DNA from: Octopus sinensis
Taxonomy: Eukaryota
Length of the DNA: 64,000 nucleotides
NCBI RefSeq assembly: GCF_006345805.1
Contig: NC_043003.1
Coordinates: forward strand, 66,340,001-66,404,000
Direction of reading: 5' to 3'
The position numbers were made by a program, and so were the translations under genes. The notes under the pieces were generated by a model that was not told where the DNA came from, did not search any database, and saw only the letters and a list, made by a program, of their open reading frames with translations. Shown here one piece after another: positions 37,511 through 50,272 of the stretch (position 1 is its first letter; every line of letters begins with the position of its first letter).

Positions 37511-37575
37511 GACGCAGTGGGACTGAACCCGGAACCATGTGGCTAGTAAGCAAGCTACTTACCACACAGCCACAC
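37226..37575 (-). mobile_element. SINE family A, well preserved
   Basis: Tail, core gccgaaccgctaagttac, internal (TA)n, head gcagtgggactgaacccggaaccatgtgg. Confidence 0.9.
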
Positions 37576-37639
37576 TTGCACCTGCACCTGCATTTTTGTA
37601 AACTTTATAGTATTTATAATACAAGATTTATAACATAAT

Positions 37640-38115
37640 GTGTATGTATTTGGATGTTCGTGTCTGTATCTGCGCTTGTCCACCAACCATCGCCTGACAA
37701 CCGACGCTGGTGTGTTTACGTCTCCATAACTTAGCGGTTCGGCAAATGAAACCCGGTAGAATAAGTACCACGCTCACAAATGATCAGTCCATGAGTCAAT
37801 CTCTTCGACTAAAATGCGGTGCTTCAGCATGGCCGTGGTCAAATGACTGAAACAAGTAAAAGAGTAAAAGAGTGTAGACATGAAAAAGGATATATTTATA
37901 TGAATGCGCGCATGCGCTTGAGTGTTTGTGTCTTTCTCCACTCCGTTCCAAACCCGTTGTTGGTTTGTTTCTGTCCTACGTAACTAAACTGTAGAACAGA
38001 CAGCAGACTTATTTTAAAAAATGCACGTATAAGACTCGATTTCTTTGAACAAAACCTTCAAGGCTGTGCTGCAGCATAGCCACAGTCCAATGACTGAAAC
38101 AAATAAAGGATAGAA
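37640..38115 (+). mobile_element. Two SINE family A 3' halves in tandem
   Basis: aacttagcggttcggcaaatg...gactgaaacaagtaaaagag (to 37872), and a more decayed copy ending ccaatgactgaaacaaataaagg. Confidence 0.75.
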
Positions 38116-38577
38116 GATATAGCTGTCTTTTGATTGGCTGATGCGTTGGTGTCTATCCAAAGTATTTGCATGCACTTACGTCACTGTGTCTGTATATGCG
38201 TATTGGTGTATATGTGTGTATGTGTATATATGTGTATCTGTATATGTGTAATACATCAAACGTAGACTGAAGCACGTATTTCGCAGCATTGAAGGACATA
38301 GACAAATACGGAGAATCGCAGATAATTAGAATGGCGTATGCGTTCGTCAGGGATGGTCTGACGAAAGAAACTCCATTGACAAACAAGTTTAGAAATGAGT
38401 GAAGTTGGATCTGAATAGAATAAAACAAAAACCAAAAAAAAATTCTAAAGCACAAAATTCCGTTAGTAACGATACCTAATTGGAGACTTGTGCCAAGAAC
38501 TCTCCAAGAACAGACAAATACTTCTATTCTTCGAGCAGATAAATGAGAACTAACAGATGGGAAATAGTGCAGCAGTA

Positions 38578-38677
38578 GAAGAGGAAGAAGAAGAAGAAGA
38601 AAAAGAAGAAGAAGAAGAAGAAGAAGAAGAGGGGAGGAAATATGAGTGAAATTTTAATCTTTTGAAATTAGTAGCAT

Positions 38678-38719
<42 letters not shown>

Positions 38720-39231
38720 TGGTAGTAGTAGTAGTAGTAGTAGTAGCAGCAGCAGCAGTGGTGATGGTGGTGGTGGTGGGGTAGAAGGCACAACAACAAA
38801 CTATAACAGTGTTGCTAATAAATATTTTATGTTTTATGATTTTTTTTATCTAATATATTTAAATATAATAATAAGAATAAGAAAAAATAGTTTGTAACAA
38901 TGAATATAGAAATACAGGAAACATACAACTCAAACCAATAATGATAACAACACAACAACAACAACAACAATAATAAAAATAGTAGTAGCAGCAGCAGCAG
39001 TGGTGATGGTGGTGGTGGTGGTGGTAGAAGCCACAACAACAAACTATAACAGTGTTGCTAATAAATATTTTATGTTTTATGATTTTTTTATCTAATATAT
39101 TTAAATATAATAATAAGAATAAGAAAAAATAGTTTGTAACAATGAATATATAGAAATACAGGAAACATACAACTCAAACCAATAATGATAACAAACACAA
39201 CAACAACAACAATAATAAAAATAGTAGTAGC

Positions 39232-39283
<52 letters not shown>

Positions 39284-39680
39284 ATAATAACAATAATAAT
39301 AATAAATTAAAATAATAATAATAATAAAACGATGACGACAACAATCATGATTAATCAACATAATCCTGACGATGACGACAATAATGATGATGATGATGAT
39401 GATCATCATCATCATGATAATCAAGATCATTCGGGTGCTGGTGATGTTTAAGACGATGGTGATGATGACGACGACGATGATGATGATGATGATGATGATG
39501 ATGGTGCTGATAGCGAAGTTGATAATGATGAGGAGGAGGAAGAGGAAGAAGAGGTGGAAGGTAGCGGTGAAGAGGAGGAGAGTGATTGTTGTTGTGGTGG
39601 TGGTGGTGGTTGTGGTAGTGGTGGGCGCTGGGTTTCTGGTGGTGGTGGTGGTGGTTATGGTGCGCGTTACGCTGTAGGTG
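38578..39680. repeat. Compound trinucleotide region (GAA, TAG, CAG, GGT, GAT) containing a ~245 bp tandem duplication
   Basis: Block agcagcagtggtgatgg...ataataaaaatagtagtagc repeated at ~38745-38990 and ~38990-39230. Confidence 0.9.
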
Positions 39681-40167
39681 GTGGTAATAGCGGTGGCGAC
39701 GACGATAGCGTTCACAATGAGGGAAAAAAAAATAATGAAGTTGTTAGTTTCCTTATTATAATTACTGCGGTGCAAGTTTGTGAAATATGCTAAATATAGA
39801 AATAATGTTATTATTTGTAGCAACACAAAGGCATTCATTACAATGAATAAAGAAAAAAAAAACAACAACAACCAAACCAACCAACCAACCAACCAACAAC
39901 AACAAAAATAAGTCACTAACGATAGGGAGGAAGAAGATGGTCGCCATGATGGCGATGACGATGACGAGAATATGAAAGGATTATTTGACAAAGGGGAGAA
40001 ACAAAACGAACTGAGTTGCAAAACATTGCAATAAATAATATACTGATAATCATTTGTTAGAAATAGCAGCTAAATATTTGTTAGATCAGACGTTAACGTC
40101 TTTCAATGAGGGACCTATTAGATAAGGTAAACATATCTACACACACACATACATACATACATATATA

Positions 40168-40218
<51 letters not shown>

Positions 40219-40344
40219 ATATATAGATATATATATATAGTATATAAAATACAAAAATGGGACGAGAACGCAAATCATCCAAAGATTTAGGTGAATATCC
40301 AGACAGACGATACAAGGAGAACAATGCTCTCTTTAATTCAGGAC

Positions 40345-40446
40345 TACGGGCATATGGCGTAGTGGTTAAGAGCCCGGGCTACTAACCTCAAAAGCCCGAG
40401 TTCGATTCCAGACAGTGACCTGCATAATAATAATAATGATAATAAT

Positions 40447-40501
<55 letters not shown>

Positions 40502-40650
40502 TCGAAAAATACCTTAGGAATGAGAACCCAGGTTCGAAATTTCCCCAAGACACCTGATGAAGGCTGGACAGTATATCAGCCGAAACGTTGTGTTTGCAAC
40601 AAACAAGATGAGGACAAATATCCGTCAAATGTAAATAATGTAAATAATGT
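40345..40650 (+). mobile_element. tRNA-headed SINE containing a hammerhead ribozyme (HHR family 2)
   Basis: A-box tggcgtagtgg (40355), B-box gagttcgattcc (40398), internal (ATA)n, HHR at 40548-40595, tail (gtaaataat)n. Confidence 0.85.
40548..40595 (+). ncRNA. Type I minimal hammerhead ribozyme
   Basis: agacac-CTGATGA-a-ggctg(gacagtatat)cagcc-GAA-ACGT-T-gtgttt: 6 bp helix I (one G-U), 5 bp helix II, palindromic ACGU helix III, GUU triplet. Confidence 0.72.
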
Positions 40651-41645
40651 AACTTCTTTAATTACACCTCGGTTTAAATTTTCAGCGTGAATATTTTTAT
40701 TTGCGCATATTTTGTTGCGTAACAGTGATCAGCTATCTGTCTATCTTTCATCCATTTCTTTCTTTCTTTCTTTCTTTCTATCTACATATGTCCATGCATA
40801 AATACACACATATACATACATCCATACACCCACAAACAAACCCACGCACAAACACACAAACACATATATAAACATATACAAATATACATACATACACATA
40901 CATTTATATATATTCAATCTTTGATACCACCATCTGCACCATCACCGCCAGCGTCTACAATCAACAACAAAGCTAATGCAATACTCCAGCCATTACCAAC
41001 TCAACAACTTCTTAATATCTAACAACAACAACAACAGCAACAACGGCAATAATTCAGTGAACAAGGGAAGCAACTCCATCTAAAACGACAATCATATGCG
41101 AGACCCCAGAGTATGGTAAAAGTTAGATGAAATACCTTTCATCTTAAATCAATGAGGATTCACCTGGGACTACGCAACAACGACACCAAGACCACTACTA
41201 CCACCACCACCATCACCACCACACAACAACACCACCACCACCACCTCCACAACCACTATCACGAAAACACCGACTATTGAATAATTAGCAACAAGAATAA
41301 TAGTTACGGCATGATAGCAATGTCGGTGCGCTGTATATTAACCCAGTAGAGTGAGGTCATGTACGTGTGTGTGTGTGTGTGTCTGTGCGTGTGTGGAGGG
41401 AGAGGAGAGTAAGAGTAGCGTGTTAAGATTTTATGGCTTAAGCCAGAGCTGGAAGAGCGTAGTGCTCATGCACTAGGGAAGCGCTTCCGCTAACTGCAAT
41501 GAGACAGTGTTTCCTCTTCATTTCTTCAGACTTTTGTCTTCTCACTTCTGATCTTAAATCCATAAATCCAAATTAAAAGTATTCCAGTAAATCTAAATGC
41601 ACACACACACACACTGTATATTTGTCAGTCTCTCTCTCTCACTCC

Positions 41646-41734
<89 letters not shown>

Positions 41735-41974
41735 GTCTGTCTGTCTGTGCGCGTGTGATTTACACATTTATTTTTTAATGTGTTCTGGCATATATAAATA
41801 CAAAATATACTGGTCGCCGTTGTGTACATTGCAGGAAAACAACCAATGCCTTTGACGACAATAGTGTCTTCATAACACTTCAGCTCACTGCTCGTCTGGT
41901 GTTTCGATGTGCTGTGTCTCGTCAACCGGAGGTATCCGACCCTTTAAGCGCACACAGGAATGCCTGATATAGTT

Positions 41975-42190
41975 TTATGTTTTACTTGTTTCAGTCATTA
42001 GACTGTGGCCATGTTAGGGCATCACTTTGAAAAATTACTTTGTCGAATGAATTGACCCCAATACTATTTCCGAACCTGCTGTTCATTTTATCAGTCTCTT
42101 TTTACCAAACCACTAAATTTACGGGGATGTAAAGAAACCAACAGCGGTTGTGAAGCTGAAATGGGGGGAAACATAGACACAATAACACAC
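41975..42190 (-). mobile_element. SINE family A 3' half
   Basis: ttttacttgtttcagtcattagactgtggccatg...accactaaatttacggggatgtaaag. Confidence 0.8.
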
Positions 42191-42259
42191 ACAAAGATAA
42201 ATACTTATACACACAAACACACACATACGCGCACACACATACACGCACACACACATATA

Positions 42260-42420
42260 TAGTTGAAATTTACAGAAAAACAGAAGACGAAGACAGGTGT
42301 TTAAGCAGCACACAGGTGTGTTACTTTAACGCTCGGGAAGGTGAGACAGTCTTTTATGTTTCGAGCCTACACTCTTCAACAGAAAGGAACACGAGGAAAT
42401 AAACAGAGAGATAATAAAAA
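42260..42420 (-). mobile_element. HHR family 3 repeat
   Basis: Reverse complement ccttt-ctgttgaa-gagt(gtag)gctc-gaaacata-aaagac at 42349-42387; homologous to 10432-10600. Confidence 0.7.
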
Positions 42421-42449
42421 CACTTTGGCGGCCATCGTTACTGCGCGTT

Positions 42450-42600
42450 TCTTTCTGTTTCCGTCTACGAAATTCATTCAAAAGGCATGGGTGGGCTGGA
42501 GGATATAGAAAAAAAAACACTTGCTGAAGGTCCCATGCAGTGGGACTGAACCTAGAACAATACGGTTGGGAAACAAACCTCTTACCCCACAACTACGCCT
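42450..42600 (-). mobile_element. SINE family A head
   Basis: gtttccgtctacgaaattcattc...gcagtgggactgaacc. Confidence 0.7.
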
Positions 42601-42675
42601 GGTATACACACACATAAACACATATATACATGCGTTCGCGTGTCTAGGTGTGTGCATGTGAGAGTTCTACAACAT

Positions 42676-42713
<38 letters not shown>

Positions 42714-42876
42714 TGTAGTAGTAGTAGTAGAGTAGTAGTAGTAGTAGTAGTGTAGTAGTAGTAGTAGTAGTTGGAGTAGTAGTAGTAGTAGTAGTTGGAG
42801 TAGCTGTAATAGTAGTAGATTTAGAGTTACATATTTCTAATATTGTAATATTCTGATTTTGTATATATTATATGTA

Positions 42877-43426
42877 CAAGAGTGTCTCAAAATGTAATGC
42901 CATTTTGTATAGGACAGGTATAATTACCAACACAGAAACATGTATCATACAACAATATGAAGCTGGTCCTCTGTGGATCAAATCTCTACTTCTCAACATA
43001 GTCACCGTTTCTTTCAATAGCAATGTTCCACCTTCAAATGAGAGCATGTATCCCTGCCCCGTAAGATTGTATTTACTGTTCTTTGAGCCACTTCTTCACT
43101 ACCTCCACACTCACCAGATTTAGTGCCTTCAGACTATCATCTCTTCAGCGCCACGAAAGAGGGTTTGAGAGGCAAATATTATTCCAGTAATAAGGAAGTG
43201 AAAACTGTAGTGAAAGAGTGGCTCAAAGAACAGTCAACAGAATTTTACGGGGCAGGGATACATGCTCTCATTCGAAGGCGGAACATTGAGAGAAACGGTG
43301 ACTATGTTGAGTAGTTGGGATGTGATCCACAGAGGGCCAGCTTCATTTTGATGTATGATACATATTCCTGTGTTGGTAATTATACCTGTCCTAAACAAAA
43401 TGGCATTACTTTTTGACTAACCCTCG
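42877..43426 (+). mobile_element. Non-autonomous mariner (DD34D-type) with its 3' ~190 bp duplicated in inversion at the left end
   Basis: TA flanks; PHSPDLVPSDYHLF...EEVKTVVKEWLKEQSTEFY.AGIHALIRR; 42877-43070 is the reverse complement of ~43240-43426. Confidence 0.9.
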
Positions 43427-43439
43427 TATATAAAAAAAA

Positions 43440-43630
43440 AGCGGCGTGCTTTTGACGCGTTGGACGAAATGCTTAACGGTATTTCGCTTGTCGCTACGTT
43501 CTGAGTTCAAATTCCGCTGAGCTCAAACATTTCTTTTTATATTTTCGAGGTCAATAAATTAAGTACCAGGGAAACACTGAAGTCGATGTAATCGACTAGT
43601 CCCCTCCCACAAAAATTTCAGGCCTTGTAA
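43440..43630 (+). mobile_element. SINE family B
   Basis: gacgaaatgcttaacggtatttcg...ctgagttcaaattccgctgag...gtcgatgtaatcgact...aaaatttcaggccttgt. Confidence 0.8.
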
Positions 43631-43641
43631 ATATAGCAGAA

Positions 43642-43692
<51 letters not shown>

Positions 43693-43741
43693 CATGTATA
43701 TGTATATTATGTGTATAAAATATTTATATATTATCATTACA

Positions 43742-43784
<43 letters not shown>

Positions 43785-44919
43785 TAATAATAATAATAAT
43801 AATAATCGTTGCTAATATTACGAAGTTATGTATTTTATTAACGTTATAGTTATTGTTGCTGTCTTTTTCTTTCATTTTTTCGTATAATCAATAAAAGTTT
43901 AATGCAAATGTGGGAGTCGTAGGAGGTGTAGGAAAGAGAATTAGAGGTTAGTGAAATACTGCGAAAATTTTAATGATCCCCATATCGTATAATAAAGTTT
44001 CATTGAAGCGGCTAAAAATCTTGATTAATTTATTACTAATTAGTTATGTTTGCTGCTGGGGTATTTTCCACGCTAATTCTCAATTCCAATTATTTAACAT
44101 TCCATTTTCTCTCCCCACTGTTTTTTCTCCTTCTCTCTCTTTCTTTCTTTCTGTCCTTCTCTCTGTCTCTCTTCTTCTCATTCTCTCTCTCCCTCTCTCT
44201 CTCACTCCCCTTCGCCATCTTATTCCAGTTCTCTCTGTGTAGCTCCCCGGTTCGCTCTCAATCCCTTTCTTCCCACTTCTCTCTCTCTCAGCCTCTCTTT
44301 CTACTTCTCCCTTCCTCTCTTCCTACCCCTCTCTTTTCATCTCTCTCACTGTTTCCTCCCCAAATACTTTCTTTCTACGTCACTTTCATCCTTCCTCTCT
44401 CTCATCCTCACTTTCTCGCCATTTCTTTCCACTTCTCTCCACCTTTCTCTACTCCCTCTTCTCTCCCATTCTTCTTCTCTCGCGATTTCTCTCCTTCACT
44501 TTCTTTCTCTCTTACCCCCATTTTCTTCACAACTCTCTCACCCTTGCATTCTCCGCCTTATCTTGCGTTTTTAGTCTTTTCTTCTTGTCTCTCTTTCTAT
44601 TAATGTGTTTCGATATCTGCGTTTATTTCATGTTTGTATCTCTGGAGTTACGTATGTACGCAAATATATCTCTGAATATATGTATGTATATATGTACGCA
44701 ATTATATCAGTATGTATGTATGTATGTATGTATGTATGTATGTATGTATGTATGTATGTGTGTATCTGCATCCGTATCGATGTATGTATATATGTATATA
44801 TTTATATGTATGTAGGTACGTATGTATGTATGTATCTATCTATATATCTATACATACATACCCATATAAATGTATATATATATATATATACACACACACA
44901 TATAAATATATGTATACAC

Positions 44920-44950
<31 letters not shown>

Positions 44951-45859
44951 CATGTGTGCATATATATATATATGTGTACATATACGTATATATATCTATA
45001 TCTATATATGTACATATATTTATATATATAAACATACATCCATATACATGCATATATATATATATATATACATACATACTCACAAACATACACACACATA
45101 TGATGGGTCGAAACGGTCGTCGTATTGAGCAAAGACTAGTGCTAAATCTTTCTTTTCCGCCATCAATTATTATATACATACATATATGTGTGTGTGTGTA
45201 TTGAGAGAGAGACAGAGAGAGAGAGAGAGCAAGAAGGGGAGAAAGAGGGAGAGAGCGAGATAATGTGTGTGTGTATCTATATATGTCTATGTAAATATGC
45301 TCATGTCTGCATTGTTGCATTTGATGTATACACTTCCTGCAAAATAATATTTCTGAAGGACAAAAACTTTGCATTTACTTGCAAAAACATCACTGAAATA
45401 CGAATTCTTTTTTTGTTTTCTTCTTCTACTCTATCGAATCTGCTTCATATTCTTACATAGTTATCCGAATTACTTTAGCGTGAACTGGAATGAATATGGT
45501 AAGACTTGCACCCAGGAACAAGATATAACCCATTTGTTATTTGATACTGTGAGCGGTTTCCTTAGAATATCATTCTGCTACGGTATCTATCTTTCACTCT
45601 TGATCAAAGTCATGATATACTTATCAAATTTTAATAATGATAAATTGTAATATGGGTGAGTATTAATAGAAATATTATGAAATGTGATAAAAATGTAACA
45701 CAACAATGAGGATGCATCGAAGAATATTTAATAAAAGGAAAAAGACTGTCAAAACAGTTCCAGCGAGCGTGAGTAGCAAAGAAAGCAATCTTGTTGAAGT
45801 AATTGCAAGATTCTTCTTATCTATGAAACTTGTTATCTACAATAGCTTGCTTGTTATCA

Positions 45860-47560
45860 TGGACAGTAAATGTTGTAAACTTAGTAATTAACACATTCTA
45901 ATTAGTAACCAAGTTAGTGACCTGAAGAATCGGTAGCACGTCGTACAACATAATGCTTTGTGGCATTCTCTTGTTCTGAGTTCAAATTCCGCCGAGGAAG
46001 ACTTTATCTTTCATTTTTTCGAAGATCAAAATTCCAAGCCTTGTACCTACAATAGAAAGGATCATTATTATTTGATGAAAACTCTGTTTATTTTGCTGGG
46101 TATGATGGAAAGTGTCAGTTGTCCACAGCCAGCAGAACTAAAGTTGCACTTGTTTACTGGTCGTGCTTCAAGAACCCTGCGAAGAATTCTTGCAGTTCCA
46201 AGCAATGCTGGCTTTTGAAGGTATTCTACATGGACAATAAATGTTGCAACTTAATATTTAACACTTTCTAATTATTAGCAAGGTAGTGACCTGAAGAAAC
46301 GTTAGCACGGAGAACATAATGCTTGGTGTTGGTATAATTCCCTCATTCTGAATTCAAATTCCACCAATGAAGACATTATCTTTCATCTTTTCGAAGTCGA
46401 TGAAATAAGTACCAGATAAAACCTGGGGTCGACATACTTGAATTAACTCCACCCTCAAAATTCCTGGCCTTGTACCTACAATAAAAAGGATTATTATTAT
46501 TATTATTATTTGATGAAAACTCTGTTCAATTTGTTGGGCATGATGGAAAGTGTCAGTTGTCCACAGCCAGCAGACTAAGGTGATACTTGTTTACTGGTCG
46601 TGCTTCAAGAACCCTGCGAAGAATTCTTGCAGTTCCAAGCAATGCTGGCTTTTGAAGGTATTCTACATGGACAATAAATGTTGCAACTTAATATTTAACA
46701 CTTTCTAATTATTAGCAAGGTAGTGACCTGAAGAAACGTTAGCACGGAGAACATAATGCTTGGTGTTGGTAGAATTCCCTCATTCTGAATTCAAATTCCA
46801 CCAATGAAGACATTATCTTTCATCTTTTCGAAGTCGATGAAATAAGTACCAGATAAAACCTGGGGTCGACATACTTGAATTAACTCCACCCTCAAAATTC
46901 CTGGCCTTTTACCTACAATAAAAAGGATTATTATTATTATTATTATTTGATGAAAACTCTGTTCAATTTGTTGGGCATGATGGAAAGTGTCAGTTGTCCA
47001 CAGCCAGCAGACTAAGGTGATACTTGTTTACTGGTCGTGCTTCAAGAACCCTGCGAAGAATTCTTGCAGTTCCAAGCAATGCTGGCTTTTGAAGGTATTC
47101 TACATGGACAATAAATGTTGCAAACTTAATATTTAACACTTTCTAATTATTAGCAAGGTAGTGACCTGAAGAAACGTTAGCACGGAGAACATAATGCTTG
47201 GTGTTGGTAGAATTCCCTCATTCTGAATTCAAATTCCACCAATGAAGACATTATCTTTCATCTTTTCGAAGTCGATGAAATAAGTACCAGATAAAACCTG
47301 GGGTCGACATACTTGAATTAACTCCACCCTCAAAATTCCTGGCCTTGTACCTACAATAAAAAGGATTATTATTTATTATTATTTGATGAAAACTCTGTTC
47401 AATTTGTTGGGCATGATGGAAAGTGTCAGTTGTCCACAGCCAGCAGACTAAGGTGATACTTGTTTACTGGTCGTGCTTCAAGAACCCTACGAAGAATTCT
47501 TGCAGTTCCAAGCAATGCTGGTTTTTGTAGATGTTCTACATAGACAGTAAATGTTGCAAA
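45860..47560. repeat. ~437 bp tandem repeat (3 near-identical units plus diverged flanks); unit = SINE B relic + R4/Dong 3' end
   Basis: gatgaaaactctg recurs at 46074, 46512, 46949, 47385; minus strand of the unit encodes QKPALLGTARILRRVLE. Confidence 0.93.
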
Positions 47561-47574
47561 CTTAATAATTTGTC

Positions 47575-47854
47575 TCTACATGACAATCTATCCGAAAGCT
47601 GATATCAACCGTCTGTACTTGAGAAGTGACCACAGTGGAGGAGATTTATGTCTAAGTAATCTCAAATTTTAAAACAAACATAATTTTCTTATGTTTTCTT
47701 AAATATTCTCTAGAACAACACTATGTACAAAACCAAATATATGACAACCTAGGCATAACACCAATTTAAACTTCTAACTTGTTGTTTCTTGAAGTCTCTG
47801 GGTGAGACTTTGAGCCAACTTGTACAAATACAAGGCAAAAATCAAACATATGAT

Positions 47855-47870
<16 letters not shown>
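47575..47870 (+). mobile_element. R4/Dong-type LINE fragments (thumb and 3' UTR) ending in (AAT)n
   Basis: YPKADINRLYLRSDHSGG resembles HPKADxDRLYLPRxxGGRGL. Confidence 0.55.
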
Positions 47871-47936
<66 letters not shown>

Positions 47937-47938
47937 TA

Positions 47939-47975
<37 letters not shown>

Positions 47976-49779
47976 TAAGGATAATAATAATAATAATAAT
48001 GATAATAATAATAATAAACAAACAAGTTTTTGAGTCGCGCAGATTGTTGGTTTCTCAGTCAAAAAATCTCACTAAGTTCCTTGATCATTCCCAGGATACC
48101 TACACCAACAGAGATGGTTTTGGTTTTTAATTGCCACGTCGTAGGTATCTTAATCTCAAAGTCCTTATATTTCGACAGTTTTTCAAATTTCTTTGTTGGG
48201 ATATTTCTTTCAGAAGGCACTGTCGTATCATTTAACAGGCATGTTTTTTTTTTCTTTTGGTTTGTAACTTCGTTTGGGTTTTTGGTCTCCTTATGTCTTT
48301 CTGTGACATTAGCAGTTTTTAATAAACTTTCTTCCCTATTAACTACATAGGAATCTATATCTAATCTAGCTAACTCCATGCAGTCGTCTGCTGATATTAA
48401 CACTTTTCCGCCTTCCTTTCTAGGTACGTATTATCATGCTACTCCTGCCCTTGGGTAGAGTCCTCCTTTCATATTGAATTCTTTCCTAGTGCTTCTGTCT
48501 AGCGTTGCTAATTCAGTTTTTATCTAATCTTCAAAAGCTGATGAGTATCTAAGTAACGATACTGCCCAAATAGTTACAGGCTTCACTGGATTCGGACCAT
48601 TTAGCTTTGACTTCATTAGCTTTCTCGCCCTTCTGATGTATTCCTTCTCAATTTTTTTGTCATTTCTGTAGCTAGAACTCTGTCAGATTCTAATACTTCT
48701 ATACACTTATAACTCTCTCCTCCTTTTAATTATTTTAATGTCTGGCCATCAAGTAATTGGGTGCCTTCCCTGTTGACTACCTGCCCGCTTCTCATGACTA
48801 ATACTGCATACTTATCTATGCCAAATTCCATCTCTATAATTTTGCTGGAGAGTCCTACAGACTGTATTAAAGAATCTATCTCTTTTTCATTCTTAACAAA
48901 ACGCTTCAAATCATCCATGTTGTGCAAATGGTTAATTTTTTATTACCATTTCTGAACTGATACCCTGCCCTTGCTTTCCTTAATACTAATCAAACATAAG
49001 GGGATCAAACATAAGATGAATATTAAAGGGGACAACGAGGGTCTCTGGAAAATTCCTGTTTTAATATTAACTTTTCCGACGATTATGTCACATGAGTAGC
49101 GATATACTTCCCATTACTTCATGTTAATGCTAATTATTTCTCTTATGTTGTCTGCTCTACTGATTTTACTCAAACATTCACTTATCCATGGATGTGGGAT
49201 CATGTCATAGGCGTTCCTATTATCTATCCATGTTATGTTAAATTTTTCATTCTAATTTTACTTCATTTAGAACTGCTTTGTCTATCTATATATATATAAC
49301 AGAGGCTATGTGTCTGTCTGTGTGTCTCTCATGTCGATATAACTCGCGATTCACCCAACCGATTTTAATGAAATGTTACACATGCATTACAAAGGGTTCC
49401 ATGAAGTGTCATGGATCAAAACAATTTTCAACTTCTTGCCTAATGAGGGTTCAGGGGCGGATAAACCGCATCTTTTAAGCATTTTCTTTTAAGATTATCC
49501 AGTCACTTTCCTCCAAGTTTGCAGCAAAAAATTAATCAGGCACGTCGAATTGCTTTTGACTAATTTCTGACGCCTGACTATGCCTCCCCACTCCCCGAAA
49601 AAATGCGGATGAATCTGAGTTGAGTATACGGCACTTGGTTTTATCTTTGCTTTAGGCCATTTTCCAACGATAAAATATTGATACTACTGATGCATTATAA
49701 GTAGCATATAATATTTTCTTCAATTTAGCTGCAATCATTTCCTTTACCTCCATCCCCAATATGGAGAAATCGTTTAACT

Positions 49780-50015
49780 GAGGTTAAAGAAAACATTCAG
49801 TTAGTAGTGCAAGAGCTAGATCCTGAAATGCTTCAAAATGTTTCACAACGATAAGGAGAGATTTGAAGTATGTTGTGATACAGACATGTTGAAAATTTCC
49901 AATAAAAGTTTGACGTCAGATTTATAAGTCTGTTTTGGTAATAAACATAAAATTCTGTCAGTATTTTAAAAATTTGCTCAATTTCATTGAAACAGTTAAT
50001 TATAGAACATCCTGC
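49780..50015 (+). mobile_element. Tc1/mariner-superfamily transposase C-terminus relic nested in the Helitron
   Basis: LTEVKENIQLVVQELDPEMLQNV...HVE, then a TIR-like ttatagaacatcctg. Confidence 0.45.
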
Positions 50016-50147
50016 ATGGTGCAGCGTTGTTAGTTGTTGCGTTGCTCGAAGAAATATTAAAATCAAAGTCTCCTCGCTGTAAACATCTCCTCTTTTTGTT
50101 AAGCATATTGTATCAACGAGTATATTATCCAAAATGTATCTCTCCTT

Positions 50148-50272
50148 TAGAGGTGTGGTTGTGTGGTTGAGAAGCTTGCTTTCCAACCATGTCGCCTTGG
50201 GTTCAGTCCCACTGTGCGGCACGATGGGAAATTCACATTCATCAAGCTCCGTGCCAACCAAAGCCTTGTGCA
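50148..50272 (+). mobile_element. SINE family A head nested in the Helitron
   Basis: gtgtggttgagaagcttgctttccaaccatg...ggttcagtcccactg...ccaaagccttgtg. Confidence 0.75.

Noticed and set aside
38265-38400. Plus-strand open stretch STYFAALKDIDKYGESQIIRMAYAFVRDG...
   Set aside because: No start or splice signals and no recognisable family.
41890-41935. Minus-strand TTGACGA...GAAAC hammerhead-like spacing
   Set aside because: Helix II is only 2 bp, and there is no valid NUH triplet or helix I.
45095-45130. tgatgggtcGAAACGgtCGTC hammerhead-like 3' half with GUC
   Set aside because: No helix II or helix I can be formed; could be a collapsed relic but is unsupported.
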